64,000 nt of DNA from an uncultured Verrucomicrobiae bacterium (GTDB lineage Bacteria; Verrucomicrobiota; Verrucomicrobiia; Chthoniobacterales; UBA10450), in NCBI GenBank assembly GCA_963726745.1, contig CAVSDR010000003.1, positions 128,001 through 192,000 of the forward strand. Reading direction: 5' to 3'. Under the pieces are notes generated by a model. It was not told the DNA's origin, ran no database searches, and worked only from the letters and a program-made list of their open reading frames with translations. This document shows, piece by piece, positions 10,343 through 21,063 of the stretch. Numbering within the stretch: position 1 is the stretch's first letter; every line of letters begins with the position of its first letter. The position numbers were made by a program, and so were the translations under genes.

Positions 10343-11941
10343 ATGAAAACATCCCGCCTCCTCTGCACCTGCCTGCTCCTCGCGGTCGCACTCGCACCGC
10401 AGAAGTTGCTGGCTAATCCCTACGCCACCACCAAGACCTTCACCGTGACTTCCACCGGCAGCAGCCGTGCGCAGGCCGGCACGCTCAATTGGGCCATCTT
10501 CCAGGCGAACTACACCGGCGCGGACGTGAACTACATCCGCTTCAACATTCCCGGCTTGAGCGGGCCCGCGGAGATCGTCTTGAGCGAGCCGCTCTATCTC
10601 GCGCGCTTGATGATTCTCGATGCCACTTCGCAGCCGGGCTACAGCGGCACGCCGCTCATCCGGGTGAACGCGAACGGTTTTGACAGCGCTTTGTTGCTCG
10701 TGGGCAATGTCGCCGGCGTCCCGCCCTACAGCGACGGCTCGGTTGCGACCAGCGGCGGCAACCCCGGCGAACATTTGGTGCGCAACGCCAGCGCCGGGAG
10801 CACGATCCAAGGCCTGCAGATCGTGAATTTCAAAACCAACGGCATCACCATCCTGAAAGAGTCGGAGGGCAATTTCATCCAGAACAACTGGATCGGCTTC
10901 CAGGCAAACCCGAGCGGCGGCTACCTGGTCAACTCCACCGCTTACCCGGACAGCCACGGCATCGGCGTGCAGTCGAATTTCAACACCATCCGTTTCAACA
11001 CCATCTCCGGCGTCGGCAATGGGATCGACCTGGGCGAAGACGTGCTCGGCGCGTGGTCCGGGCGCAATTACTTCACGAACGATCTCGAGAGCAACAACAT
11101 CGGCACCGATCCGACGGGCACAGTCGTGATCGGGAACGAATCAGACGGCATCTTCCTCGGCGCGGGTGCCTCGGAGACTTTCATCGGGCCGTTCAACGTC
11201 CTCTCCGGGATGAAGTCGTCGGGCGTCGAGCTGCTGCATTCCTCGAACTACGGAAACATCATCATCGCCAACCTCATCGGCACGAATCGCGCGGGCACGG
11301 TGGCGCTCGGCAATGGCGAACTCGGGGTGCTGATCGCCGGCGGCGCGGATTACAACGACGTCGGCGGCCCCTCCGGCGGAAACATTATCTCGGGAAATCG
11401 ACTTGGCGGCGTGGCCATTGGCACCCCGGAATTTCCCGCGGCCTGCACACGCATTTACGTGGAGTCGAACCTCATCGGGACCAACGCCAGCGGGCTGCAG
11501 GCGCTCGGCCAGCAGGTCAGCGGCATCACCAGCCAGCAGGGCAGCGAGTCGATCATCCGGCGGAATGTCATCGGCGGGCACTCGGACCACGGGATCGTGC
11601 TGAACCGCGTCGGCGGCGCGGCCAATGGCAACAAGGCGAATGGACTTTTTGGCAATTGGATCGGCCAGGCGGCACGCGCCAGCGCGGTCGGCTTCAACGC
11701 CAACAAGGGGCTGACGCAGGGCGTGCAACTTCTGGGATCGAGCAGCACCACCGACGGCCCGGCGCTGCCGAACCGCGGCTTCGGCGTCTACGTGCTGAAC
11801 TCGTTCAGCAACTATCTCCAGGTGCCCGTGGGCACGGAGAATCCCGGGAGCTATTACCTCCGGAATATTTTTGGCAGCAACACGCTCGGCAACGCCGGCT
11901 TTAATGGCTGCACCGCGGCGGACAACGTCTACTTCCCCTAG
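10343..11941 (+). CDS. Secreted parallel beta-helix (pectin-lyase-fold) repeat protein
   Basis: Signal peptide; repeated N.IGT..G..A.GN..G and N.ISGN motifs; Gly/Asn/Ser-rich. Confidence 0.7.
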   Translation: MKTSRLLCTCLLLAVALAPQKLLANPYATTKTFTVTSTGSSRAQAGTLNWAIFQANYTGADVNYIRFNIPGLSGPAEIVLSEPLYLARLMILDATSQPGYSGTPLIRVNANGFDSALLLVGNVAGVPPYSDGSVATSGGNPGEHLVRNASAGSTIQGLQIVNFKTNGITILKESEGNFIQNNWIGFQANPSGGYLVNSTAYPDSHGIGVQSNFNTIRFNTISGVGNGIDLGEDVLGAWSGRNYFTNDLESNNIGTDPTGTVVIGNESDGIFLGAGASETFIGPFNVLSGMKSSGVELLHSSNYGNIIIANLIGTNRAGTVALGNGELGVLIAGGADYNDVGGPSGGNIISGNRLGGVAIGTPEFPAACTRIYVESNLIGTNASGLQALGQQVSGITSQQGSESIIRRNVIGGHSDHGIVLNRVGGAANGNKANGLFGNWIGQAARASAVGFNANKGLTQGVQLLGSSSTTDGPALPNRGFGVYVLNSFSNYLQVPVGTENPGSYYLRNIFGSNTLGNAGFNGCTAADNVYFP

Positions 11942-14350
11942 TCGTCGCGCGCGAGAATCCGGCAGTCGCGCACCGTTGCCACTTCGTGAAAGTGCGGGAT
12001 GCGCGCCGTCTCCTCCGCCGGGAGATCGACCGCCAGGATCTGCTGCACGCCCAGCCGCGCGAGCGTGTCGTCGGTACTCGTTAGGCCGATCTCGTAGCTC
12101 GCGGTCGAGGTGAGCTCGAACCGCGGCGGCCCGCTCGCCTGCGGCACAAACGAGATGTGCGCGTAGCGACTGTAAACGCCGCGGCTTTCGGCCGCAGGAT
12201 CGAGCTGCGCGAGCATCGCCGGACGGGGATTGATCTCCACCCCGCCGAGCACTTCCGCGCCGCTGGCCTTCAGGAATTGCGCGAGCACGTGGCTGCGATC
12301 CGAGCGGCCGAGAACGAGCCACGGCCCGGGGCGCCCGGCCGTGGCGCGCAGGAGTTCGCTGGCGCTAAAGCCGGGCAAGCCGCGCGCGAGCGGATTTACC
12401 AGCGCGTTCGTCGCGGCCAGCGGGAGACAAAGCAGGAGCATGCTGGTGAGGGATTGCCGCTGCCAGATTTGCAAGGCCAGGAGCGCAAAAAAGAGGCTCA
12501 CCACGAGCCCGCTGCCCGCGCTCACGAAGTTGGACAGGTGGATGTTCGCCGCGTGGAACCCGAGGAAAAGCAGCGCGCTCAAGCCGGCGAAGGCCGCCCA
12601 GCCTTCGCGCGCGCGCGGCGCGCCGCCTAACGAGAAGTAGCGGCAGAGCGCCATCGCCACGCCCACCCCCATGGCCACGTGCGCGCGCGAGCCGCTGACG
12701 TCGCCGAGGCCGTTCCAATGCGCCAGCCAGGGCGGCAGGCCGACGTTCATAAAAATAAACAGCAAGATGAGGAAAGCGGTGCTCGTGAGCAGCAGGCGAT
12801 CGTAGCGCCGCTGCCAGATTTCGCGCGCAACCAGCACGAGCAGGAGCGGCAGGAGAAAGAGAAAACCGGACGCCTCCGAGGCATTGCCGAGCGGCGGCGG
12901 GTAGTGATCCTCGGTCATGCCAAATTCGAGGAAGGAGGCGGCGAAATAGCGCAACGGATAACCGCCGCCGCCCAGAAAAACCTGCCCCGGGTAGACCAGC
13001 CCGCGGATTTGCCGGAGCAGCCCCGCGACATCGCCGAGCCAAAGAAACAACAGCCCGCCCGTCACCGTCAAAGTGCCGGCAAACAAGCGCGAGGCGCGCG
13101 AGCGACACCCGCCGCAGGGCCAGGAGCAGGAAGAGCCCGAGGTAGAGCAACGGGATTTGGAAGCGCGGATAGCAGCAGAAGACGAAATTGAGCGCGGCGA
13201 AGGGGAAGACCGCGGCTGCGAGGAGCGAGCCGCGCCGCAGGATGGCCGCGACCGCCCAGCCTCCGAGGAAGAACATCCCGAGCATTTCCGGGAGCGCCGT
13301 AGGGCTGCTGAACCACCATTGCGTGAAGCCGGAAAAGAAAACAAAGAGCGTGCCGCCTAACGAGAGCAAGAGCTTCCCGCGGGTGAGCTCGTGGAAGCAA
13401 AGGAGCCCGCCGGCGAGGAGCGCGAACCATTTGAAGTTCCAGTAGAAGGCGAAGGCGGTCTCCAGCGGGAGCGCGAAGAAGGCCCAGAACTGCGGGCGAA
13501 AGATCATCGACCAATGCCGCGCCGGGACCGAGGTGATGAGCGTCGCCGGGCCATCGCCAATGGTCGGGTTGACCAGCGGAAAATCGCGCCGTGCCTGCGA
13601 GAGAATCCAGGGCGTCTGCACGAGCCATTCATCGGAGCGAATGTATTTCGCGGTGCCCACGAGGACCTCCGCCTGCGGGTCGGCCCGATCCGCGTAAAAG
13701 CGCCAGACGGCGGACGCGCTGCCGTTCAATCCGGCCACGCTCGCGAGCAGGTAGAGCGCGAGCAGGCCGGTCAAAAGCGTTCGCAGGGAAAGCCCGCAGC
13801 CTAACGACTCCTCCGCCGGCCGCCGCAGAAGCGCGACTGCGGCCGCCGCAAGCAGCACCGCTGGGAGCCAGGCGAGGACCGCGCTCAGCGGCGTCTGCCG
13901 AATCTTCCCAGGAAGGACAATATTGAGGTCGGTGCGGTAGGCCGCGGCTTCGGGCTCGATGGTGAACTCGCTGCCTATTTCCTCGATCCGCGCGATCCCG
14001 GCGCGCGGCACGAGTTGCTGCCGCGCGAGCGGAACGCCGCGTCCGCCGAAGCGCTCGATCCGCAGATTCCGCAGCCGGAGCGGCGCCGCGCCCTGCTGTT
14101 GCACCAGCCGCAGATATTTGAGCTGCGGGCGATCGATCGGGAAGCGGACCGCTTTCCAGCCGCCCTGTGGATCGACCGTGCGGGAAACGCTTTCCTTGGT
14201 CTCTTCGCCGCCGCTTTTGTGGACCGCGACCAGGCGGACGGCAGGGTCGGCTTGCAGATCAAACGCGAGTGCGAGCGGGGCCGGACGCCATTGGAATTCC
14301 GCCAGAAAAAGCAAGATGCAGGCGGCGACGAGCAGCAGGCGGGCGGGCAT
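11938..14350 (-). CDS. Polytopic membrane protein (possible GT-C-like glycan transferase), frameshifted near 13080
   Basis: Many TM segments; IRSDEWLVQTPWILSQ, YPRFQIP, VYPGQ, YSRYAHI; two overlapping ORFs join into one hydrophobic protein. Confidence 0.65.
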
Positions 14351-14407
14351 GGGACAGGCTCAGAAAGCCCCTTGCATTTGCCGGCGCAACCGGAATTCTC
14401 AAGCGTC

Positions 14408-15872
14408 ATGCGCAGGACCAAAATCATCTGCACGCTCGGCCCGGCCACGGAGGACTCCGAGACGCTACGCCTCCTCATGCTCCAGGGCGCGGATGTCTTC
14501 CGCTTGAACATGAGCCACGCGACCCACGAGTGGGTGCGCGAGATCGTGCCCCGCATCCGTCAAATCGCGACTGAAGTCGGCCGCACCATCGCCATCCTGC
14601 TGGATACCCAGGGCCCGGCGATCCGCACGGGCGATGTGAAGACCGATCTCCAGCTCCAGCCCGGCGACATCCTTGAACTCACCGTGCGCGGCGCGAAGAG
14701 CGAGGAAACTTATTCCGTCGACGTGAACTACGACGGCCTGGTGAACGACATCGCCGCCGGCGACACCGTCTTAGTCGACAATGGCGTGATCGAGATGCTG
14801 GTGCTGGAGAAGCAGAACAATCGCATCCGCTGCAAGGTCCTCACTCCGGGCACGCTCGGCTCGCGCCGGCACATCAATCTCCCCGGCGTGCGGGTCAACC
14901 TCCCACCGCTCACGACCAAGGATATGAACGACGTGCGTGTGGGCGCGGAGGTCGGGGTGGACTTTGTGGCGCTCAGTTTCGCGCGGCAACGCAGCGACGT
15001 CGAAGAGCTCCGGCGGGTGATGGAAATGCTCGGGAGCCGTGCGCAGATCGTGGCCAAAATCGAGGATCAATCCGCGGTCGCGCAGATCGACGAGATGATC
15101 GAGGCGGCCGACGTCATTCTCGTGGCCCGGGGCGATCTCGGAATCGAGTGCCCGATGGAAGAGTTGCCGATCATCCAGCGGAAGATCGTCAAGCAATGCC
15201 TCCATTTTGGGAAGCCGGTGATCGTGGCCACGCACATGCTCGAGTCGATGATCGAGAACCCGGTGCCGACGCGCGCGGAAATTACCGATGTGGCCAACGC
15301 GGTCTTCGAGCAGGCGGATGCGATCATGCTGAGTGGGGAAACGACCGTGGGCCGCTACCCGGTGCGCTGCGTGGAAGTGTTCGACCGTGTGGCCCGGCGC
15401 ATCGAACGGAGCGGCGGCGCGGGCTACGCCGGCGAGGCGGAGCTGCGGGACTTCCGTCAGAAGACCGTCGCCTCCGCGGTGATGCTGGCCAACTCGCTGC
15501 CAAACGCGAAGATCATCGTCTTTACCCGGCACGGCACGATGGCGCGCTACGTCTCGAATCTTGCGACCGGAAGCAGCGGATATTTTTGCCTTCACCCCGA
15601 GCGAGCACGTCTGGCGGCAGCTCGCGCTTTCCTGGGGCGTCTACCCCGTTTTGTTGGAGTTCACCGGCGATCCAAACTCGACCATTGAAGCGGCGGAGAC
15701 GTTTCTCCGCGAATCCAGCCTAACGAATGCAGGCGACAACCTGGTCGTCATCACCGACCTCCGGGCCGGGAGCGCGCAGATCGATTCCATCCAGGTGCGG
15801 CAGGCGCGCGGGGACGGCGAGAATCACGACGCGGCGGCGCCTTTGAGCGACGCGGAGTCGATGATGGACTAG
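14408..15872 (+). CDS. pyk: Pyruvate kinase, frameshifted near 15560
   Basis: RRTKIICTLGPA, RLNMSH, LDTQGPAIRTG, VARGDLGIE, IMLSGET; C-terminal domain in ORF 15561-15872. Confidence 0.95.
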
Positions 15873-17290
15873 GCCGGCGGCGGCGTGCCGCGGTAGAAAG
15901 AATGCTGGCTGTGCTCGCGGTAGAAGCGGGCCTCGTCAGCCGGAAGTTGGTGGTCGCGGTACCATGGGAGATGGCGCGCGGTGAAGCGGCCCGCCACGCG
16001 CACCGCCTCGAGATAATTTTGCGGATCGAAGAAGCGCTTGTGGTAGAGCGCGAAGGTAGTGTCGATCCACGCGCGGTAAACCGGATCCGGCAGCCGCGAC
16101 GGCAGAAGTTGCTGCCAAAACTTCGCCTCCCACTCGGCGATGCGATAACGCTCCCCGCCGATCGCGAAAGTCTCGTCGAGCATCCGCTCGGGCTCGGAAA
16201 GATCGAGCGCGAAGCCGGCCTTGCCGACGCGCTGTTCCTCCGTCAGGTCGAGCAGGTTTTGCAGGAAAAGCGGCGGGAGCGCGGGGTTGAACTCGAGGTC
16301 AGGATCGGTCAGGCAAAAATGCTCCGGCCAGCCCGCGAATGTCTCGGCGTCCTCGAGCAGAAAGCGCGGCCCGCGATTCTCCCCACGGCGCACGGCCACG
16401 CACCCGCCTAACGAATCCAGATACGCCAGCATCGGCGGGAAGGCAGAGCCGTTGTCGACCACGACAATTTGCCGGAAGCGCAGGCGCTTGAGTTGCTCGA
16501 CCATCGCCCGCAGGTGCGTGGGATTGTTGAAAGCCGGCACGATTACCGGCACCTGCGCGCGCAATTCCTCCTCGAGCGCAAGGCGCGCGTCCTCCTCGAG
16601 GCGCTGCGGAACAAACAGCACATTGAATTGGTCGTCGCCGTATTCACGGTCGCGCGCCACCGGCACAAACCCCACCGCCGCGAGGAACGCGGCGACGTCG
16701 GCCGAGAGTTTTTGCTCCTGCCAAAAGGCGCGATTTTCGGTTTCGACGAAGAGCGCCACGGTCCGCCCGAGGAGGGCTTTGGCCCCGGCCAGCACTTCAA
16801 GAGCCGCACCCTCGACATCGATCCATAGCGCGAAAGAGACAGCGCTTTCGCCGGCGAAAAAATCATCCAGCGATTGCAGCGGCACGCGAAATTCGCGGTA
16901 GGTCGCCTCTTCGTCGCGGCGCAGGAGCGACGTCTTTCCGGTATCGCTCGGCTCCGTGATCACGGCGTCGTGCATCTCGCCGTCGACCCACATTTTGCTG
17001 AGGGTGCGCGGCGCAAAGACAGTCACCTCGCCGCGGCCCGCACCGATGGCGCAGGCGCGATGCTGGATGCCAGCCGCCGCCAGGCGCGCATGGTGCTGGG
17101 CAAAGATCTCGGGATTGGCCTCGAAGGCGAAGACGCGCGCCTCGGGAGCAGCGACCTGCGCGAGAAGCGCGGCCTGGCCATCGTTCGTGCCGACATCGCA
17201 ACAGACCGCCGGCTGCCATTGCCTAACGAGACCAAAATAGAGCCGCCGGAGGGCCTCGTGGCTGATGATCGTTCCGAGGTAGTCGGCCAA
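15869..17290 (-). CDS. FkbM-family methyltransferase fused to a GT2-like domain
   Basis: DVGTNDG, AFEANP, LWIDVEGAALEVL (FkbM); VIVPAFNN, VVDNGS, LTDPDL, IDTTFALY, ARHLPWY. Confidence 0.8.
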   Translation of the reverse strand: MADYLGTIISHEALRRLYFGLVRQWQPAVCCDVGTNDGQAALLAQVAAPEARVFAFEANPEIFAQHHARLAAAGIQHRACAIGAGRGEVTVFAPRTLSKMWVDGEMHDAVITEPSDTGKTSLLRRDEEATYREFRVPLQSLDDFFAGESAVSFALWIDVEGAALEVLAGAKALLGRTVALFVETENRAFWQEQKLSADVAAFLAAVGFVPVARDREYGDDQFNVLFVPQRLEEDARLALEEELRAQVPVIVPAFNNPTHLRAMVEQLKRLRFRQIVVVDNGSAFPPMLAYLDSLGGCVAVRRGENRGPRFLLEDAETFAGWPEHFCLTDPDLEFNPALPPLFLQNLLDLTEEQRVGKAGFALDLSEPERMLDETFAIGGERYRIAEWEAKFWQQLLPSRLPDPVYRAWIDTTFALYHKRFFDPQNYLEAVRVAGRFTARHLPWYRDHQLPADEARFYREHSQHSFYRGTPPPA

Positions 17291-17325
17291 AGCAGCGCAA
17301 GGTGGCGCGCCTGCTCGCCGGACGC

Positions 17326-17368
17326 AAAAACAGAAAGCGCGCGGAGGCTTACACCCCCGCGCGCTTCC
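17326..17368 (-). terminator. Probable Rho-independent terminator after the sigma factor gene
   Basis: AAGCGCGCGG/CCGCGCGCTT inverted repeat (17335-17366) with an A-tract on the left (U-tract on minus). Confidence 0.65.
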
Positions 17369-17387
17369 ACTGACTATGCCGGAAGTC

Positions 17388-18254
17388 TTAGGCTTCGACT
17401 GGGAGCTCCACGTCGACGGGGCGCTCTTTCTTGCTCAGCGCGCGGCGCAGTTTAGACAGCGCGATGTTCTGCAGCTGGCGAATGCGCTCGCGGGTGACGC
17501 CGAATTTCTTGCCCACTTCCTCGAGCGTCTTCGGCTTGCCGCCGTCGAGCCCGAAGCGCGAGAAAATAATCTTCCGTTCACGATCATCGAGCACGTCGAG
17601 CAGGCCGCCAACTTCGTTGCGCAGGTTCTTGTCGCGGAGCAATTCGAAAGGCGTCTGCGCCTCTTCGTCGCCCACGATTTCGCCGAATTCGGTGGAGTCG
17701 TCGTCGCTGATCGGCGCGTCGAGTGAAGCCGGGCGAATGGAGACGGTCTTCAGCTGCGAGACCTTGCCCGCGGCAATGCCGATTTCCTCGCCCAGTTCGT
17801 CGTCGGTCGGTTCGCGGCCGAGTTCCTCGCTCATCTGCAAGGAAACACGGCGCATCTTGGAAATTTTGTCGACCAGATGGACGGGCAAGCGGATCGTCTT
17901 CGACTGATTTGCGAGGGCGCGCTTGATCGACTGCTTGATCCACCAGGCGGCGTAAGTCGAGAGCTTGCCGCCCTTGGCGGGGTCAAAACGCTCAACCGCT
18001 TTCATCAAGCCAATGTTGCCCTCGGAGATGAGGTCGAGCAGCGGAAGGCCGAGGTTGGCGTAATCGTGCGCAATTTTGACCACCAAACGCAGGTTCGAGC
18101 GGATCATGAGGGCGCGTGCCTCGCGGTCGCCCTTTTTGATCTTCGCGGCCAGCTCGATCTCCTGCTCTGGGGTGAGCAGCGGGATTTGCCCGATCTCGCG
18201 CAGGTAAATCTTTATTCCAGTATCGCTATCTTCAGCAGCCATAAAACTCTTCAT
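17388..18254 (-). CDS. RNA polymerase sigma-70 factor, RpoD/SigA family, short form lacking region 1.1
   Basis: YLREIG, NLRLVVKIA, DLISEGNIGLMKAVERFD, YAAWWIKQSI, TRERIRQ. Confidence 0.95.
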   Translation of the reverse strand: MKSFMAAEDSDTGIKIYLREIGQIPLLTPEQEIELAAKIKKGDREARALMIRSNLRLVVKIAHDYANLGLPLLDLISEGNIGLMKAVERFDPAKGGKLSTYAAWWIKQSIKRALANQSKTIRLPVHLVDKISKMRRVSLQMSEELGREPTDDELGEEIGIAAGKVSQLKTVSIRPASLDAPISDDDSTEFGEIVGDEEAQTPFELLRDKNLRNEVGGLLDVLDDRERKIIFSRFGLDGGKPKTLEEVGKKFGVTRERIRQLQNIALSKLRRALSKKERPVDVELPVEA

Positions 18255-18657
18255 GTAAAGGGAGACACAGAGGCACAGTTTTCTTGAAAGGGGTTACGTG
18301 CGCGGGTGCCTTCTAGGTTGCCTGCCCGAACAAGTAAAGAGTATTTAACTAGGTTAACTATTCGATTTTCTGACAGGGGGCGGTTGCCTTTTGTTCAAAG
18401 ATTAATCAGCAAAATCTAAACGCCTGCGCCTGACGGTTTTCAGGTCTTCCAGCTCAGAGCGATACGCCTGGGCGTCCGACCTGGGTTGTCTCAAATTTGG
18501 GACACCCCTGCTGCTGTGTGTCGAGCGGCGATATCGGCGCCAAGCACCGGTGGCGACCTTCATTCGGGTGCGAAAATCTGATTGCCAGCGAGATGGAAGA
18601 TGTGTTGGAGATTCTGCGCGGACTGCCCGAAGGTGCCGCCGCAAGGATTTAACCAAG

Positions 18658-19833
18658 ATGAAAAAAATTCGCGTCGGGATTATCGGAGTGGGCAACTGCG
18701 CTTCCTCGCTGGTGCAGGGAATCGAGTTCTACCGGAACGCCAATGCCGATGACTTCGTGCCCGGCCTGATGCACGTCGATCTCGGCGGCTATCACGTGCG
18801 CGACATCGAATTTTCCGCCGCGTTCGACATCAACGCGACCAAGGTTGGACGCGACCTGGGCGAGGCCGTCTTCGCCGAGCCGAACAACACCATCAAGTTC
18901 GCCGATGTCCCCAAGCTCGGGGTGAAAGTCCACCGTGGCATGACGCACGACGGCCTGGGCAAATACCTCAAGAAAGTCGTTAAAAAATCGCCCGCCTCGA
19001 CCGACGACATCGTCGGCATTCTCAAGAAAACCAAGACCGACGTGGTCATCTCCTATCTCCCGGTCGGCTCCGAGATGGCGACCAAATGGTATGTCGAGCA
19101 GATCCTCGAGGCCGGCTGCGCCTTCATTAATTGCGTGCCCGTTTTCATCGCTTCGCAGCCGTATTGGCAGCGCCGGTTCGAGGAGCGCGGGCTGCCGATC
19201 ATTGGCGACGACATCAAGTCGCAGGTCGGCGCGACGATCGCGCATCGCGTGCTCACGAATCTCTTTCGCGAACGCGGCGTGCGCCTCGACCGCACCTACC
19301 AGCTCAACTTCGGCGGCAACACCGACTTCCTGAACATGCTCGAGCGCGAGCGCCTGGAATCGAAGAAAATCTCGAAGACGCAGGCGGTCACGAGCCAGCT
19401 CGGCCATGCCCTGCCGGCGAACGACGTCCACGTCGGCCCGAGCGATTACGTCCCGTGGCTGACCGATCGCAAATGGTGCTACATCCGCATGGAAGGGACC
19501 ACCTTCGGCAACGTCCCGATCAACTGCGAAATGAAGATGGAAGTCTGGGATTCGCCCAACTCCGCCGGCGTCGTGATTGATGCCATCCGCTGCGCGAAGC
19601 TCGCGCTCGACCGGAAAATTTCCGGATCGCTCGTGGGACCCTCGAGCTACTTCATGAAGTCGCCGCCGGTGCAGTTTACCGACGATGAAGCGCGGAAGAA
19701 GACCGAGGAATTTATCGAGGGCGGCGACGAGGCCGTGCTGCCCGGGCCGACGACCGCGGCGAAGCGCAACGGCAACGGTCAGCGCAAGCAGCCGGCGGCG
19801 AAAGCGCGCAACGGCGCCAAGCCGAAACGTTAG
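18658..19833 (+). CDS. ino1: Myo-inositol-1-phosphate synthase
   Basis: [49 protein letters not shown]. Confidence 0.95.
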   Translation: MKKIRVGIIGVGNCASSLVQGIEFYRNANADDFVPGLMHVDLGGYHVRDIEFSAAFDINATKVGRDLGEAVFAEPNNTIKFADVPKLGVKVHRGMTHDGLGKYLKKVVKKSPASTDDIVGILKKTKTDVVISYLPVGSEMATKWYVEQILEAGCAFINCVPVFIASQPYWQRRFEERGLPIIGDDIKSQVGATIAHRVLTNLFRERGVRLDRTYQLNFGGNTDFLNMLERERLESKKISKTQAVTSQLGHALPANDVHVGPSDYVPWLTDRKWCYIRMEGTTFGNVPINCEMKMEVWDSPNSAGVVIDAIRCAKLALDRKISGSLVGPSSYFMKSPPVQFTDDEARKKTEEFIEGGDEAVLPGPTTAAKRNGNGQRKQPAAKARNGAKPKR

Positions 19834-19877
19834 CCGGCAGGATTTGCGTGACCGCGGAGCGGGCTACATTGGCGCCC

Positions 19878-20972
19878 ATGAAGCTTCTCCTCGGCGCGAT
19901 CTTGCTGTCTATTTTATCGACTACCGTGCGGGCCGCTGACGAGACCGCGCCGAAGTTTGACGCTGCGGCTGCAGAACGTTTTGCCCGGCTCGCGCTCGGC
20001 TGCGTCGCGAAAGAATACCCGAACAAGATCAGCCATGTGCTGAATAGCGACCGCGACGTCGCCCCGCCGCGCACGCTCACGCCCGCGTTCTACGGTTGCT
20101 TCGATTGGCATTCCTCGGTCCACGGCCATTGGCTGCTCGCGCGCCTCGTGCGGACCTTTCCGGACGCGCCGTGGGCGAAAGAAGCGCGCGCTGCCTTGGC
20201 CAAGAGCTTATCGGTGCAGAATCTCGAGCGCGAAGCCGAGTATATGAAAGGCGAGGGCCGCGCGAGCTTTGAGCGGCCGTACGGCCTCGCCTGGCTCCTG
20301 CAACTCGCCGCTGAGCTCCATCAATGGGACGACCCGCAAGCCGATGAAATGTCGGCCGCGCTGCAGCCGCTCGAAGAAGCAGCGCTCACGCGCCTGCAAA
20401 CCTGGTTGCCGAAACTTTCGCACCCGGTCCGCATCGGCGAGCACGCTCAGACCGCTTTCGCGCTTGGCCTGCTGCTGGATTACGCACGCACGGTGCATCA
20501 TGCTGAGTTCGAGAAACTGCTCACGGAGCGCGCCCGGAAGTTCTATCTGGAGGACAAAACTTGCCCGCTCAGCTACGAGCCCTCGGGCGAAGATTTTCTC
20601 TCCCCTTGCCTCGCGGAAGCGGACGTGATGCGCCGGATTCTCCCGCCGGAGGAATTTGCCAAGTGGCTGGCTAATTTCCTTCCTCAAATTCCCGCAAAGG
20701 CGGAAGCCTCGTGGCTGCCCGTAGCCGTCTCGCCCGATCCGAGCGATCCGAAGCTGGCGCATCTCGACGGCCTCAACCTTAGCCGCGCCTGGATGCTCGA
20801 GGGCATCATGGCCGGCTTGCCGGAGAACGATCCGCGCCGCCCGGCCCTCGCCGCGACCGCGCAAGCCCATCGGCGCGCCGGCCTGGCCGCGGTCACCGGC
20901 GAGCATTACGAGGGCGGCCACTGGCTGGGCAGTTTCGCGGTTTACCTCGCGACCGGGCGCGGCCTTCGTTAG
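19878..20972 (+). CDS. DUF2891-family secreted protein
   Basis: Signal peptide; EYPNK, FYGCFDWHSSVHGHW, FERPYGLAW, HLDGLNLSRAW, YEGGHWLGSF. Confidence 0.9.
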   Translation: MKLLLGAILLSILSTTVRAADETAPKFDAAAAERFARLALGCVAKEYPNKISHVLNSDRDVAPPRTLTPAFYGCFDWHSSVHGHWLLARLVRTFPDAPWAKEARAALAKSLSVQNLEREAEYMKGEGRASFERPYGLAWLLQLAAELHQWDDPQADEMSAALQPLEEAALTRLQTWLPKLSHPVRIGEHAQTAFALGLLLDYARTVHHAEFEKLLTERARKFYLEDKTCPLSYEPSGEDFLSPCLAEADVMRRILPPEEFAKWLANFLPQIPAKAEASWLPVAVSPDPSDPKLAHLDGLNLSRAWMLEGIMAGLPENDPRRPALAATAQAHRRAGLAAVTGEHYEGGHWLGSFAVYLATGRGLR

Positions 20973-21063
20973 CCGGCACGGCGGGTAGACAAAAGCCGCG
21001 CGCGGCGGCGTTTCTTTCTTGAATCCGGGACCGCCTCGGGGCGCATCCTAGCTCCAGCCCCTC

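Noticed and set aside
14015..14407. N-terminal extensions of pyk, ino1, dapB, grpE, rplS, ompA and the aminotransferase in the ORF track
   Set aside because: They overlap neighbouring genes or intergenic DNA and lack family similarity; starts were moved to the homologous N-termini.
14408..15872. pyk and trpA as true pseudogenes
   Set aside because: Conserved motifs are intact on both sides of single-base shifts, and the window-wide indel rate points to sequencing error.
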